Assembly (NCBI RefSeq): GCF_021513275.1
Contig: NZ_CP090978.1
Location: 5,187,247 to 5,251,246, forward strand
Origin: Paenibacillus hexagrammi
GTDB taxonomy: Bacteria; Bacillota; Bacilli; Paenibacillales; NBRC-103111
DNA: 64,000 bases
Direction of reading: 5' to 3'
In this document: positions 18,394 to 29,700 of the stretch, in pieces
Layout: each line of letters starts with the position of its first letter
Numbering within the stretch: the first letter of the stretch is position 1
Program-made: the position numbers and the translations under genes
The notes under the pieces: model-generated
The model's database searches: none
What the model saw: the letters and a program-made list of their open reading frames with translations, nothing else
Told to the model about the DNA's origin: nothing

Positions 18394-19764
18394 TTGTTTA
18401 ACCGAAACCTAACTAGTCTATCCAAAATGTGTGTCGTATTGCTTAGCTCATTAACTATATTATCCGCTTGCAGCTCCGGCTCAGGCGCAGGCTCCGGTCA
18501 AGCCTCCACTGCTCCCAGCGCTTCTGCCGATACCGGTTCAGGCGGTGCTTCTACCGACGGTAAGCCCGTATCACTGCGCTTTGCTTGGTGGGGCAACGAC
18601 TCCAGACATAAGGCAACGCTAGCTGCCATCGACGCTTATACAAAGCAGCATCCGAATGTAAAAATCGAAGCGGAATATATGGGCTTTGATGGTTTTAACA
18701 AAAAGCTCGCTACGCAATTCGCCGGCAAAACCGCTCCCGACTTATTTCAGTTCACGTATGAATGGTCCGTGGATATGAGCGACTTCATGCTGGATCTGAA
18801 TTCCGTCAGCAGCCTCATTGATATGAAGCAAATTCCGGAGTCCGCACTGAAGGATTACGGTGCTTATAAAGGCAAGCAAATCATGGTTCCGTCGGGGATG
18901 TTTGCGGCTACTACCATCGTTAATGAAGAGTTTATGCAAAAACATGGAATTCCCGCCGATACCGTGTGGACGTGGGATAAGCTGATCGAGGAAGGTAAAA
19001 AGGTCCATGAAGCGGATAAAGATGCTTACCTGCTTACTGCTGATATCGACGTGATTAACAAGCTGATTCTTCAGCCGTATATCATGCAAAAAACAGGCAA
19101 GGGCTGGGTGAACGACGATTTCACTCCTGGCTTCGATAAAGCACAGCTAACCGACGGCCTGGCCTACTTATCTAATCTGTATAAAAGCGGCGCTATTGAG
19201 CCGTTCGGCGATAGTACAGCATTCGTCGGCAAGATGGAGCAAAATCCAAAATGGGTAAAAGGCGAAATTGGCCTCCTGCTCGACTACGTTCAAGCCATCG
19301 ACAAGTATAAGCAAGCTATTCAAAATGCCAAAATCGGTGTCAGCGCATTCCCTGAGAATCCGGGCGCCGTCCAATCGGGTAACCCTACTGTTGCAGGCAC
19401 AGGCTTTGCTATTGCTCAAGACTCACCTAACAAAGAGGAAGCAGCCAAATTTATCAATTATCTGATTAATGACAAAGATGCTGCACTGCTGCTGACCACA
19501 CAGCGCGGGATTCCGGCATCAAACGTTGCCCGTAAGGCGCTTGAGGAATCCGGTAAGCTGAACCCTAGCATTTCCAAGGGATTAGAGCTTGCTTCCGCCA
19601 AGAAAACAACTTCACCGAACGTCATCAGCACGAATGCAGAGCTTGCTCAAGTCGTCAAGGACTCCATCCAAAAGCTGATCTACAACCAGCTCACACCGCA
19701 GCAAGCAGCGGATGAAATTTACGAAGGCTTTACTGCCAAACTCCAAGAAATGAAAGCAAAATAA
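18394..19764 (+). CDS. ABC transporter extracellular solute-binding lipoprotein (carbohydrate family 1)
   Basis: Lipobox 'ILSACSSG' and SBP_bac_1-like sequence. Start reassigned to the TTG after the RBS 'aggggga'; the ORF track begins at 18349. Confidence 0.75.
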   Translation: MFNRNLTSLSKMCVVLLSSLTILSACSSGSGAGSGQASTAPSASADTGSGGASTDGKPVSLRFAWWGNDSRHKATLAAIDAYTKQHPNVKIEAEYMGFDGFNKKLATQFAGKTAPDLFQFTYEWSVDMSDFMLDLNSVSSLIDMKQIPESALKDYGAYKGKQIMVPSGMFAATTIVNEEFMQKHGIPADTVWTWDKLIEEGKKVHEADKDAYLLTADIDVINKLILQPYIMQKTGKGWVNDDFTPGFDKAQLTDGLAYLSNLYKSGAIEPFGDSTAFVGKMEQNPKWVKGEIGLLLDYVQAIDKYKQAIQNAKIGVSAFPENPGAVQSGNPTVAGTGFAIAQDSPNKEEAAKFINYLINDKDAALLLTTQRGIPASNVARKALEESGKLNPSISKGLELASAKKTTSPNVISTNAELAQVVKDSIQKLIYNQLTPQQAADEIYEGFTAKLQEMKAK

Positions 19765-19843
19765 GGGATGCGCGAAGGAGTGCTGTCCATCAGGGCAGCA
19801 CCCTTCTTAACACTTAGCCCGTATACGGAAAGGAACATCTGAC

Positions 19844-20734
19844 TTGAAAAGCATGCGTATGCGCAACGTCCTCTGGGGCCTGTTATTCGTATCGCCCTGG
19901 GTGATCGGGTTTCTTTGGTTTCAGCTTTATCCGCTGCTCTTATCGTTCTATTACTCCTTCACAGACTCTACGGTTGTCAAACCGGGCAAGTTCATTGGAT
20001 TGGATAATTACGTGAAAATGTTGACGGTCGACAAGGATTTCTTCCCCTCCATCAAGGTCACGATTATATATACGCTGATTGCCGTTCCGGCCAAGCTGGC
20101 TTTTGCCCTGTTCATTGCTTTGATCCTGAATATGAAAGGAAAAGCAGTCAATTGGTACCGCACGGTTTATTATTTGCCTTCCATCCTGGGCGGCAGCGTT
20201 GCGATCTCCATTCTGTGGCGGTTTCTGTTTATGAAGGAGGGCGTTGTGAATCAAGCCCTGTCCTATCTCCATATTCCGGCTGTTAACTGGCTGGGCAGTC
20301 CTCATGTAGCTCTTGGAACAATTAGTTTACTCGTAGTCTGGCAGTTCGGCTCCTCCATGGTCCTGTTCCTCGCAGGTCTCAAGCAAATTCCATCTGAGCT
20401 GTACGAAGCTGCGATGGTTGACGGTGCCGGACGGGTGCGTATGCTCTGGACGATTACCATCCCGCTGCTTACGCCGATCATTTTCTTTAATCTAGTCATG
20501 CAGGCCATTAATGCCCTTCAGGAGTTTACAGCGGCCTTCGTCGTTACCAACGGCGGACCGGTGAAATCGACCTATTTGTTCGGTCTGAAAATCTATGACG
20601 AGGCGTTTTCCAATATGAAGATGGGCTATGCGTCCGCGCTGTCCTGGTTCCTGTTCGCCATGATTCTCATCTTGACCCTTTTCATCTTCCGTTCGGCTAG
20701 ATCTTGGGTCCATTATGAAGACGGAGGGAAATAA
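19844..20734 (+). CDS. Carbohydrate ABC transporter permease (MalF/UgpA-like)
   Basis: Six TM helices and an EAA-like loop 'ELYEAAMVDGAG'. Confidence 0.85.
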   Translation: MKSMRMRNVLWGLLFVSPWVIGFLWFQLYPLLLSFYYSFTDSTVVKPGKFIGLDNYVKMLTVDKDFFPSIKVTIIYTLIAVPAKLAFALFIALILNMKGKAVNWYRTVYYLPSILGGSVAISILWRFLFMKEGVVNQALSYLHIPAVNWLGSPHVALGTISLLVVWQFGSSMVLFLAGLKQIPSELYEAAMVDGAGRVRMLWTITIPLLTPIIFFNLVMQAINALQEFTAAFVVTNGGPVKSTYLFGLKIYDEAFSNMKMGYASALSWFLFAMILILTLFIFRSARSWVHYEDGGK

Positions 20735-21637
20735 ATGCCGAATTCAACAACCACAGCAACATCCGCTGCTCAACCTAGAAGCGCAGCCTCCAGAGCGCAA
20801 AGCGCCAAGCTGCGTACTGCCGTGAAACACATCGCCCTCCTGCTTCTTGGCTGGCTGATGATTTATCCGCTGATTTGGCTGTTCTTAAGCTCTTTTAAGA
20901 CCAACGCCGACTTATTCGGTACGCTCAGCCTCTGGCCCAGCCAGTTTGTATGGGATTCCTACGTGAAGGGATGGGCGGGCACAGGCCAGTACAGCTATAC
21001 GACGTTTTTCTATAATACTTTCGTGCTGGTGATTCCTACAGTGGTCCTCACTGTGCTGTCCAGTGTGTTGGTCGCTTATGGCTTTGCCCGTTTCAAATTC
21101 CCGCTTCGCAATCTGTTGTTCGTGCTGATGATCTCTACCTTAATGCTGCCGCATACCGTCATTATCATTCCGCGGTATCTCATTTTCCGGAATTTGGGAT
21201 GGCTGGACAGCTACCTGCCTTTCATTGTACCTGCGGCCTTCGGCTGCTTTCCGTTCTTCATCTTTATGCTGGTTCAGTTTTTCCGGGGACTGCCTAAGGA
21301 GCTGGATGAATCAGCGGTCATGGACGGCTGCAATCCGCCGACGATTCTATTCCGCATCCTGCTGCCGCTATGTATGCCTGCCATGATTTCGGCTTCCATC
21401 TTCCAATTTATCTGGACCTGGAACGATTTCTTCAATCCGCTTATCTTCATTAATAGTGTGAAAAAATTCCCGATCTCCCTGGCGCTGCGCATGACCATCG
21501 ATTCAACCGGCGGTACGATCGAGTGGAACCAGATTATGGCGATGGCGGTGCTGGCTATTTTGCCGCCTGTGTTGGTTTTCTTCTTCTCACAGAAGTACTT
21601 TGTAGAAGGTATTGCGACGACAGGTATCAAGGGTTAA
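20735..21637 (+). CDS. Carbohydrate ABC transporter permease (MalG/UgpE-like)
   Basis: Six TM helices and 'ELDESAVMDGC' EAA motif. The start is adjacent to the upstream stop, suggesting translational coupling. Confidence 0.85.
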   Translation: MPNSTTTATSAAQPRSAASRAQSAKLRTAVKHIALLLLGWLMIYPLIWLFLSSFKTNADLFGTLSLWPSQFVWDSYVKGWAGTGQYSYTTFFYNTFVLVIPTVVLTVLSSVLVAYGFARFKFPLRNLLFVLMISTLMLPHTVIIIPRYLIFRNLGWLDSYLPFIVPAAFGCFPFFIFMLVQFFRGLPKELDESAVMDGCNPPTILFRILLPLCMPAMISASIFQFIWTWNDFFNPLIFINSVKKFPISLALRMTIDSTGGTIEWNQIMAMAVLAILPPVLVFFFSQKYFVEGIATTGIKG

Positions 21638-21656
21638 TCAAGGAGGCGCTTCAACC

Positions 21657-23033
21657 ATGACTCAAACCGCAGACAAGCGGCCTAATGTTATCGTATTTTT
21701 TACCGATCAGCAGCGCTGGGATACGACCGGCGCACATGGAAACCCTTTGGAGCTGACGCCGAATTATGACCGGATGGCTGCCAACGGCACGCATGCCGCC
21801 TATGCTTTTACGAGCCAGCCCGTCTGCGGGCCGTCCCGCTCCTGCCTGCAAACCGGACTCTACGCGACGGCATCCGGCTGCTTCACGAACAGCATCCCGC
21901 TGCCGGAAGGTACACAGACCGTTGCGCATTATTTTAAGGAAGCCGGCTATGATACGGGCTACATTGGCAAATGGCACCTGGCGGGGACGCGTACTCAGCC
22001 GGTGCCTGTCGAGAAAAGAGGCGGCTACGACTACTGGCTCGCCGCCGATTCCCTTGAGCATACGTCCGATGCTTATCGGACCCTGCTCTACAACGAGGAC
22101 AACGAGCCTGTTGAGCTGCCCGGGTATCGCGTAGACGCTCTAACGGATGCGGCCATCCGTTATATTGCGGATCGGCGGAACGACGAGAAGCCCTTTTATC
22201 TGTTTCTCTCGTACCTGGAGCCCCACCATCAAAATCATCGCGACGATTATCCTTCGCCGGACATATACCGCGGGAGGTATTCGTCCCGCTATGTACCGCC
22301 GGACCTCGCTGCGCTCAGCGGAACCGCTCATCAGCATTTGGACGGTTACTACGGCATGGTCAAAAGGCTTGATGAGGCGCTAGGCCGGTTGAACGACGCG
22401 CTCAAGAGCCTTGGCATGACCGACAACACCGTGATGGCTTTTACCTCCGATCACGGCTGCCACTTCAAAACGCGCAACGGCGAATACAAGCGTTCCTGCC
22501 ACGAAAGCTCCATCCGGGTACCGCTTGCGTTCAGCGGGCCCGGCTTTAATGGCGGCGGCACGATGCGCGAGCTGGTCAGCCTGCTCGATCTGCCGCCAAC
22601 GCTGCTTGATGCGGCCGGCATCGAGGTTCCGCGGCATATGCAGGGCCGCTCCATCCTGCCGCTGGTTGGCGGTAACCGGGCGGCGCGAAACGCATGGCCG
22701 CAGGAGGTCTTCGTCCAGATCAGCGAGTCCGAGGTCGGGCGGGCCATCCGTACCCGGCGCTGGAAATATGCGGTGACCGCACCCTCAGGGGATCCGATCC
22801 GCGACAGCGGAGCCTCCGACTATGTCGAGTCCTTCCTGTACGACCTGGAGGCGGATCCTTATGAGCTGAACAACCTCGTGGATAAAGAGTCGCACGCGGA
22901 AGTGCGGGCGCATCTGCGGGAGCTGCTTATTGGAAGAATGGTCGCAGCTGGAGAAGCTGCGCCAGTGATTCATGCGCTGCCTACCCGGGCTTCGGGGCAG
23001 CTGAAGGTGTCGCGGGCTGAGATTTATGAGTGA
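21657..23033 (+). CDS. Sulfatase (formylglycine-dependent arylsulfatase family)
   Basis: 'PVCGPSRSCLQTG' C-x-P-x-R sulfatase signature. RBS aggagg 9 nt upstream of the ATG at 21657. Confidence 0.85.
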   Translation: MTQTADKRPNVIVFFTDQQRWDTTGAHGNPLELTPNYDRMAANGTHAAYAFTSQPVCGPSRSCLQTGLYATASGCFTNSIPLPEGTQTVAHYFKEAGYDTGYIGKWHLAGTRTQPVPVEKRGGYDYWLAADSLEHTSDAYRTLLYNEDNEPVELPGYRVDALTDAAIRYIADRRNDEKPFYLFLSYLEPHHQNHRDDYPSPDIYRGRYSSRYVPPDLAALSGTAHQHLDGYYGMVKRLDEALGRLNDALKSLGMTDNTVMAFTSDHGCHFKTRNGEYKRSCHESSIRVPLAFSGPGFNGGGTMRELVSLLDLPPTLLDAAGIEVPRHMQGRSILPLVGGNRAARNAWPQEVFVQISESEVGRAIRTRRWKYAVTAPSGDPIRDSGASDYVESFLYDLEADPYELNNLVDKESHAEVRAHLRELLIGRMVAAGEAAPVIHALPTRASGQLKVSRAEIYE

Positions 23034-23149
23034 GTGTGGAGGGGGGCGGTTTGAGGGCTGGCCCCTCTTTGGGGAAAGAATATGCAGATTCATTCGGTAT
23101 GCGAATGGATTGTTGCCGTAGGAGTCGTCGTCGATAGGTTTCCATGACA

Positions 23150-23190
23150 TAAAAAATAGACTGTTGAGGTTTTCTCGACAGTCTATTTTT
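23150..23190. terminator. Bidirectional intrinsic terminator
   Basis: aaaaaatagactgtt...gacagtctatttttt palindrome flanked by A- and T-runs, between convergent genes. Confidence 0.65.
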
Positions 23191-23198
23191 TATCCCCA

Positions 23199-23498
23199 TC
23201 ATTTGTCCAGGATAGGATGTTCGTCTAGATAGTTACCTATTTCCTCAATATACTTATTACCTAAATGGTCATGAGCCATAACAAAACAGCCGCTCCAAGT
23301 ATCCCATCCAAGAGTGATCCTAATTCCATCCTTAACAAAGTCCATGAACGCTTGTTCAATTCCTACGGCTGGGTTAGCATGAGTAAAGTGGAACTTTTCT
23401 GTGACTATCTTAGCTATCTTAAAAATAAATGACGCGTCAGCATCCAGTAACTCATATGAATTGTAACCATTGGCGGTTATATAAAATTTACCACTCAA
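23199..23498 (-). CDS. Hypothetical small protein (99 aa)
   Basis: Intact ORF with no recognisable motif; last gene of a minus-strand cluster after the ParE/Phd genes. Confidence 0.4.
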   Translation of the reverse strand: MSGKFYITANGYNSYELLDADASFIFKIAKIVTEKFHFTHANPAVGIEQAFMDFVKDGIRITLGWDTWSGCFVMAHDHLGNKYIEEIGNYLDEHPILDK

Positions 23499-23552
23499 AA
23501 AACCAACCTATCTGGGTCAGCAATATGTAATTACGGGGACTTTTAACCCCAG

Positions 23553-23864
23553 CTAAATTAATTCTTCAAAGTTTCGTTTTCCATATAAAACTCTCCTAAT
23601 TTCCACGATATTGTCATATACGACGTAGAATACAAGATAATTTTCAACTACCAGTACCCGGTATTCATCCTCAAGCCTGTGATTATTTCGATATAGGTGT
23701 CCAGATAATAGGAATTTCTCCAAATTGGAAATGGCCTTATCCAGCTTATCGACAAGATCCATTGCTGCTTGTCTTGCAAAAAGCTGATTGCTAACGTAAT
23801 CAACAATTCCTCTTAAATCTGAACGAGCCAGTTCGATATAACATAATGTATACTTATTTTCCAT
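23553..23864 (-). CDS. parE: Type II toxin, ParE/RelE superfamily
   Basis: 103 aa with a ParE-like C-terminus ('VVYDNIVEIRRVLYGKRNFE'). Confidence 0.6.
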   Translation of the reverse strand: MENKYTLCYIELARSDLRGIVDYVSNQLFARQAAMDLVDKLDKAISNLEKFLLSGHLYRNNHRLEDEYRVLVVENYLVFYVVYDNIVEIRRVLYGKRNFEELI

Positions 23865-24092
23865 CTGCGCTCCCTTTAGCTTGAAATATTGAAACTAATT
23901 GCTCAATCAAAAAGAGCTGAATTCAAGTTGTTCCATTCTAGAGAAGCCAATCAGCTTGATTGCGGTTATTAAGGAATTAAAAAAGAACTAGCAGGTTGCA
24001 CGCCACCTACCAGTTCTAGATCAGTTTATTGCGTGAAAGAGCTCAATGGTTCTCATGTAAAGCCGTTTCCACGAGTTTCTTGTTACTTTAGC

Positions 24093-24365
24093 TCATTCAC
24101 CTTGTTTGAGTTGTCTTTTCAACTGATCGAACACTACAGCATGGCTGTACCGTACTTTGGAATTCTTTGCTTCTAATTCTGCTTCTTTCAGTTTTATATA
24201 AATCTCATTTCCGGACTGAATGCTCTCATATTGTTCTATGCTCATAACCACCATATCACCATGCCCATTTTTAGTAAGAAAAACGGGTTCACGGCTTTCG
24301 TGGACTATCTTAGAAATTTCAGCAAAATTGTTTCTTAGGTCAGAGACAGGTCTGATTTGCGGCAT
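24093..24365 (-). CDS. Type II antitoxin, Phd/YefM family
   Basis: 'MPQIRPVSDLRNNFAEISKIVHESREPVFLTKNGHGDMVVMSIEQYESI' is a classic Phd/YefM N-terminus. A 228-bp gap to parE is unusually long for a TA pair. Confidence 0.65.
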   Translation of the reverse strand: MPQIRPVSDLRNNFAEISKIVHESREPVFLTKNGHGDMVVMSIEQYESIQSGNEIYIKLKEAELEAKNSKVRYSHAVVFDQLKRQLKQGE

Positions 24366-24489
24366 GCGATCGCCTCCTTTTCACACTTTTTTTATCATGA
24401 TTATGATAAAATAACCAACATTATAGGTGCCTTGCAATACCAATCATATACCGGCGCACAGCGCACCACATGCCTCTTTTCGGCAACAA

Positions 24490-25606
24490 TTATCTGGATT
24501 CAGAAGAAGTTTCCCGAAACGGCCTAAGAAACGGCTTAGGGATATCTGTTTCAAACCGCAAGAGGTGGCCTTGTACGGGATGTGTGAAAGCTAACACTCG
24601 AGCGTGGAGGCCCAATCGTCTCAATTCCTTTGACTTGGAGCCATATTTTTTATCTCCCACAATGGGATGCCCAATGTCTTGCATGTGGACGCGAATTTGA
24701 TTTTTTTCGCCCTGTTTCGAGTTGGACTTCCAGTAAGCTAAAGTTACTATTGGACTGCACAGTTTTGTAATGTGTCACGGCGTGTTGGCCGTCGTTAGGA
24801 CGATGACTGGAATACATCTTTAGTGTGCTGCTTTCTTTCAACCAAGACGAAATCGTACCTTCCGGTTTCTTCACTCTGCCTTCAACCAATGCAACGTACG
24901 TACGCTCCTTAACGATGTCCTGCCAGGAGTTCTGAAGCAATTGTTGGACCCTTTCGCTCTTGGCGAACATCATCACACCGGAAGTATCTCGATCTAGACG
25001 ATGAACAACAAAAACCCTGCTTCCAGGATCTTTCATTCGAACATGAGCCATGAGCTGTCGGTAAGCCGTCACTTCGGTTTCTTGAGGAGAAGCGATCGAC
25101 AGTAGACCGGCTTCTTTGTGAATGACGATAATATCCTCGTCCTCATGCAGGATCTTTAGCCCGACCAGCATCGGTTCCTCAACAACTTTATCCTTACTAA
25201 TAGTTACCGTTTGTCCAGGTTCAAGGGGATAATTGTATGCTGTCTCGACCCGATCGTTAACGGTTACTTGTCCACGAGCCAGTAAGGCTTTGACAGAGTT
25301 CCGACCGAGTTTGGATTGTTTATGCAATAAAAAAAGCAGCAGTTCCGTTGGCTCTTCAACGGTATATTGACTGATATTGGGACGATTGGGAGCCTCCTGC
25401 TTGCCTCCCTTGCTGCTCGAATTGCCACCGAACTTCGAATTCCCCATCTGTTTCTTCCTATTTGAGCTTGCCGGTGCGCCTTTTACAGCGTTCATATTTC
25501 CCTTCTCCTGCCTTGCTTTTCCTGGTCCCGCTCCATGTGATGTTTTCCGTGAGCCGCTGCTAGCTCCACGCGTTAGCGGCTGTGACTTTTTTGATCCTTG
25601 CGTCAT
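24490..25606 (-). pseudogene. RluA-family (RluD-like) pseudouridine synthase with S4 domain and ~90-aa basic N-terminal extension; frameshifted at an 8-nt poly-T tract (~24697-24704)
   Basis: 'HRLDRDTSGV' catalytic motif in ORF 24650..25606. The C-terminal 'HMQDIGHPIVGDKKYG...LHAR' continues in the overlapping ORF 24490..24684. Confidence 0.7.
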
Positions 25607-25827
25607 GCTGATTTTCGCTCCGTTCTTGCTGTAGTTTCTTTCATCATATCACAGCGGCAGGCTTTTCCCAACGGCATGGGGGGCGGATTCAGGATATTAG
25701 CTCTCCCCTTTACCGGCTTATGGCAGGGCTCAACCTACAGTTGAATTTTCCAAAAAGTCACGTATAAAGTTATTGTTCGTTCGCGGGTAGCTCCCCCTAC
25801 AATTGCATACATAAGGAGCTGATTTCA

Positions 25828-26650
25828 ATGAGAGAAACGTTAGCTAGAAATATTAGCAGGTACCGCAAAGACAAAGGCCTTACCCAAGATGAGCTGGCCC
25901 GGGTACTTGGACTTTCTTTTCAAGCGGTGTCCAAATGGGAGAATGCCCAGACCATGCCTGATATCACGCTGCTGCCGCAGCTATCCCAAATTTTAGAGGT
26001 AAGCATCGACAAGCTTCTGGGATATGTGTCGCAAGATAAGTCCATTACGATCTACGAGGAAGAATATAAAACGCAGGACTATTACTGGGGAACCGAGCCT
26101 AATTCGGCTTGCTTTCAGGTTTTTCAGACCATGCCGCCAACGAAGCGTCTGAAATTATTAGATATTGGCTGCGGTGAGGGAAAGGATGCCGTGTTTTTTT
26201 GCTAGAAATGGCTATGAGGTGACTGCCTTTGATATTTCCGATGCGGGGATTGAAAAGACGAAACGACTAGCCGATGCGGCCCGAGTTCATGTTCATGTGT
26301 TTAAAGCGGATCTTGCCGACTATCGTTTGGACACTTCGTTCGATATCCTGTTTTCAAGCGGCGTGCTGCACTACATCAAACCGGAGCTTCGCGGGGAAAT
26401 ATTCACGAACTACAAGCAGTTTACGAATCCGAATGGGTTGCATGCTCTGAATGTTTTTGTTACAAAGCCTTTTATTGCTCCGCCGCCGGAAAAGGAACCC
26501 AATGCGTTCCCTTGGCACTCGGGAGAACTGCTGGCTCATTATCATGATTGGAGGATTGGGGATAGTTCAGAGGTTATATTCGACTGTCATTCATCGGGTA
26601 TTCCTCATCAACATGCGATGACGAAAATCATGGCGAAGAAGGTTGTTTAG
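25828..26650 (+). pseudogene. XRE-family HTH fused to SAM-dependent methyltransferase (TehB-like), split by a frameshift at a T7 run (~26195-26201)
   Basis: N-terminal HTH ('LTQDELARVLGLSFQAVSKWEN'). MTase motif I 'LLDIGCGEGKDAVFF' at the end of ORF 1 continues as 'ARNGYEVTAFDIS' at the start of ORF 2. Confidence 0.7.
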
Positions 26651-26765
26651 TTGGGTGGAGGCTGATCTTCGTATTATGATATGAAAATCAGCTTGTTCCC
26701 CTATAGCTATGATTAAAGAAAGAATGAACCTTGTAAATTGCTCTATTGACGCACCTGACAATTGA

Positions 26766-29700
26766 CTATTCAAACGCCTCATTTCTATTACTGTCCCGTG
26801 TCTGTTCCCATTCTCTCACTTTTCGAATGCTTTGCTCAAAATTAACTTCTTCTTTTATTGCCCACTCAGCTACCATGACGTTTTCATGGCCTTTAAGTTC
26901 AGTTAGTAAAGCTAGACGAGTCTGTAAAATATTAGCTAGGGATCCACTCCATGATGGTGGTCTAAAAGATTCTTTGAAATGATTAAGTACTTCTACAGGG
27001 CTTGGCGCTTGTATAATAAATTGTTTTGCTAATTTTGTCCAACAAACTACCCCATTATCTTCCATCGATTTATAAGGCATAAGTATTGAAGCAGCTGTTA
27101 TGAACCTTTGTGTAGGTTCTTCTTTACACCAATCGAGAAGTATTTCATCATCAATATGTGCTAATGGATTTTTAGGTCTAATACTATGGAAGATCCAATA
27201 CATATCGTCTATTGTTTCCTCGTTCAGAAACGTATCCATGAAAACAATTGGTTGGGTAGCTGCAAGTGCCACGAGCACATCGTCATAATCCGTGGAATAA
27301 ATGTCGTGCTCTATGAATGCTTTAAGAAGTCTCGAGCATAAAAATCGAACCAGTTCCGTTGAACCTCTATCTTTCATACAAATTTTTATGATTGTCGACA
27401 GCTTTGAATCCAAACTATGAATAGAGTTATCTTTTCGTAAAAAAAGATAACGAGAAATAAGCTCATAAGCAGACTCCTTGATAATTTTACTTATTTGATC
27501 AACATTCTGTCGGTGAATTCTCATATATAGAAGTTCAATAGATACAGTTATCCCTTCTTCATTATTAGAAATTAATGTTAGTAGTTCTGAAAGCTCAAAA
27601 TCACTAATTTCATGCCTTCTTGCATAAGCTAATTGTCTATACATCCACATAGGTGCTTTCCCAACTACTAGTGATTGCTTAAGTCTTTCAACACCTTTTG
27701 AATCTAACTGCGTGCTACTCTGTAATAAAGGAAAAGCTGCACTCCATACTGGATCGACAACTGCTGTATTCAAAAGATCGTTACATAATTGTGTATCTCT
27801 AAGAGACAGCTCATCTAAAAATCCTCCAACAGCTTGATAGTTACGTTTTGATTCATCAATTTTTTGCAAATAGATTCTTAAGATCTCCCATACCATTTTA
27901 GGGTTACTACACCCTTCAGCGAGACCTTGACCGAAATAAAATAATCTATTCCCTGATTCAGATAAGAGCTCTGGAAGCAATTCTATATAAATTTCCTCGT
28001 TCAGGCCTACTTCCTTACCTATTGATCGTGTTATTTTATCTACCATTTCATAACTTTTTTCGGGATCTTCGTCGTCATCTTCAAGTACATCAATTAAATC
28101 GTATGGATGACCTTTTGAAAAAGCGTACAATCTTGCTCGCTCAATTAACGTTGATGGTATTAGTATACGTTCCAATTCTTCTAATTGTTTTATTATTTCA
28201 GTACTCATTTCCTTGTTATCATACCTGAGGATGGACTTTACAGCTATCCATCCCTCTTTCCATACAAATTTCTTCGAGATAGTGATAGCAGCCGAATATA
28301 ATTCGTCGAACATACCAACACCTACCCAGAGTTCCCTAAACCTTTCAGCTAATAGATTCATTGCTTTGTTCGAGAACCCCAAATCTGAGATACTAACGTT
28401 AACAGCATAGTCAATAAACAACTTGAACCATCGAATTACTCCATCATTTGTTTGAGGGAAATAACCATAGTCCCTTGAATGTGCACCAAATTCGAAATCA
28501 TTATATGAACTAATACTCCATGCTTGGAGAGAAGCACTTAACAAAGAGAATCCTAACTCAATCTTTTCGTTTTGCTTTGAATACAACAACCTCTCAATGA
28601 CACTTAGCCTCTGAACGGCCGTAGCATGAGTACCCGAAAGCTTTATATAAAACAGCGATTGGAGCGATTTTCTTATAGAGTTCTGATTTTCATTCTGTCT
28701 TTCTGATAACGCAAAGTGGCAAAGTAAATCAGTTGATCGGATAAACATTTCTTTTTCATATGCTAAAGACCTCAAAAGTCTCGTAATTTGTAAATAATGA
28801 TGGTTCTCGCGACTAAAAAACCACTCGCTTCCTTTTTTATTAGCTGCTCTTTCAATTGCTTCTAGTGTTTTTTCAGGATCAATAGGCGCAACATTAATTA
28901 ATAAATCTATCCCTAATGAGTCTAAACTCAAAACATCCCCCAAAAGTCCTTCTTCAACTAACCACATTCTACTTATTTCCCTTGCCGCTTTGCAATCATG
29001 AAGGTATCTAAGACGTCGGGAGAATGATCTCATAAGTCTTTCTGATGCCCGATTTCCAAAAATATTCAAGATAAACTCAACAGGAATATCTTCAAGTGCA
29101 CGTTTTGCCAACCTGTTAGCAACAGCATGTGGCAACACTGCTCTCCATATGCCACGTTGCTGAACTAACTCGCGGCGTTGTAATTCCTTAACAAATTGAT
29201 ATAGTTTCAGCACGGGGATTCCTATAATAGAGCTTAGGATTTCTAATTCACCATCTTTACCTTGATCAATTTGGCAGTTAAAAGAATAAACAAGTGAACA
29301 AACCTTAGCAACACTAAATAGATCATCACTAGGCTCATTTCGCTGTAAAAATAATCTCGTGAATAGATCCTCATCCTTTAGATGAGAAACATCATCACCG
29401 TGAGAAATCGTTTTACATAGTGCGATAGCAATACGTGCATTTCCTCCTGAAAAATTAGCAACAATTCTAGTACAAACTTCATTAATATGCGGAAAGCGAA
29501 TCTGAATAACCTTTTCCACTATTTCCTTAGAAGCAGGTTCTAATCGAAAAACCTCTGTTTCTTCCGGTTGATCTTCTCTTACATCATATTCAATAGTAAT
29601 CAAACTTACTTGACTACCATTTGCCAAACATATTGTTGTTAGTGGCTTATGCAAACTCGGTGGACAATTATCGATTGCCAATAAAGAATATTTTCGAGTA

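Noticed and set aside
23865-24092. Possible extra small gene or RNA between the phd and parE homologs
   Set aside because: No ORF with RBS and no obvious structure were found. The unusually long spacer is noted only.
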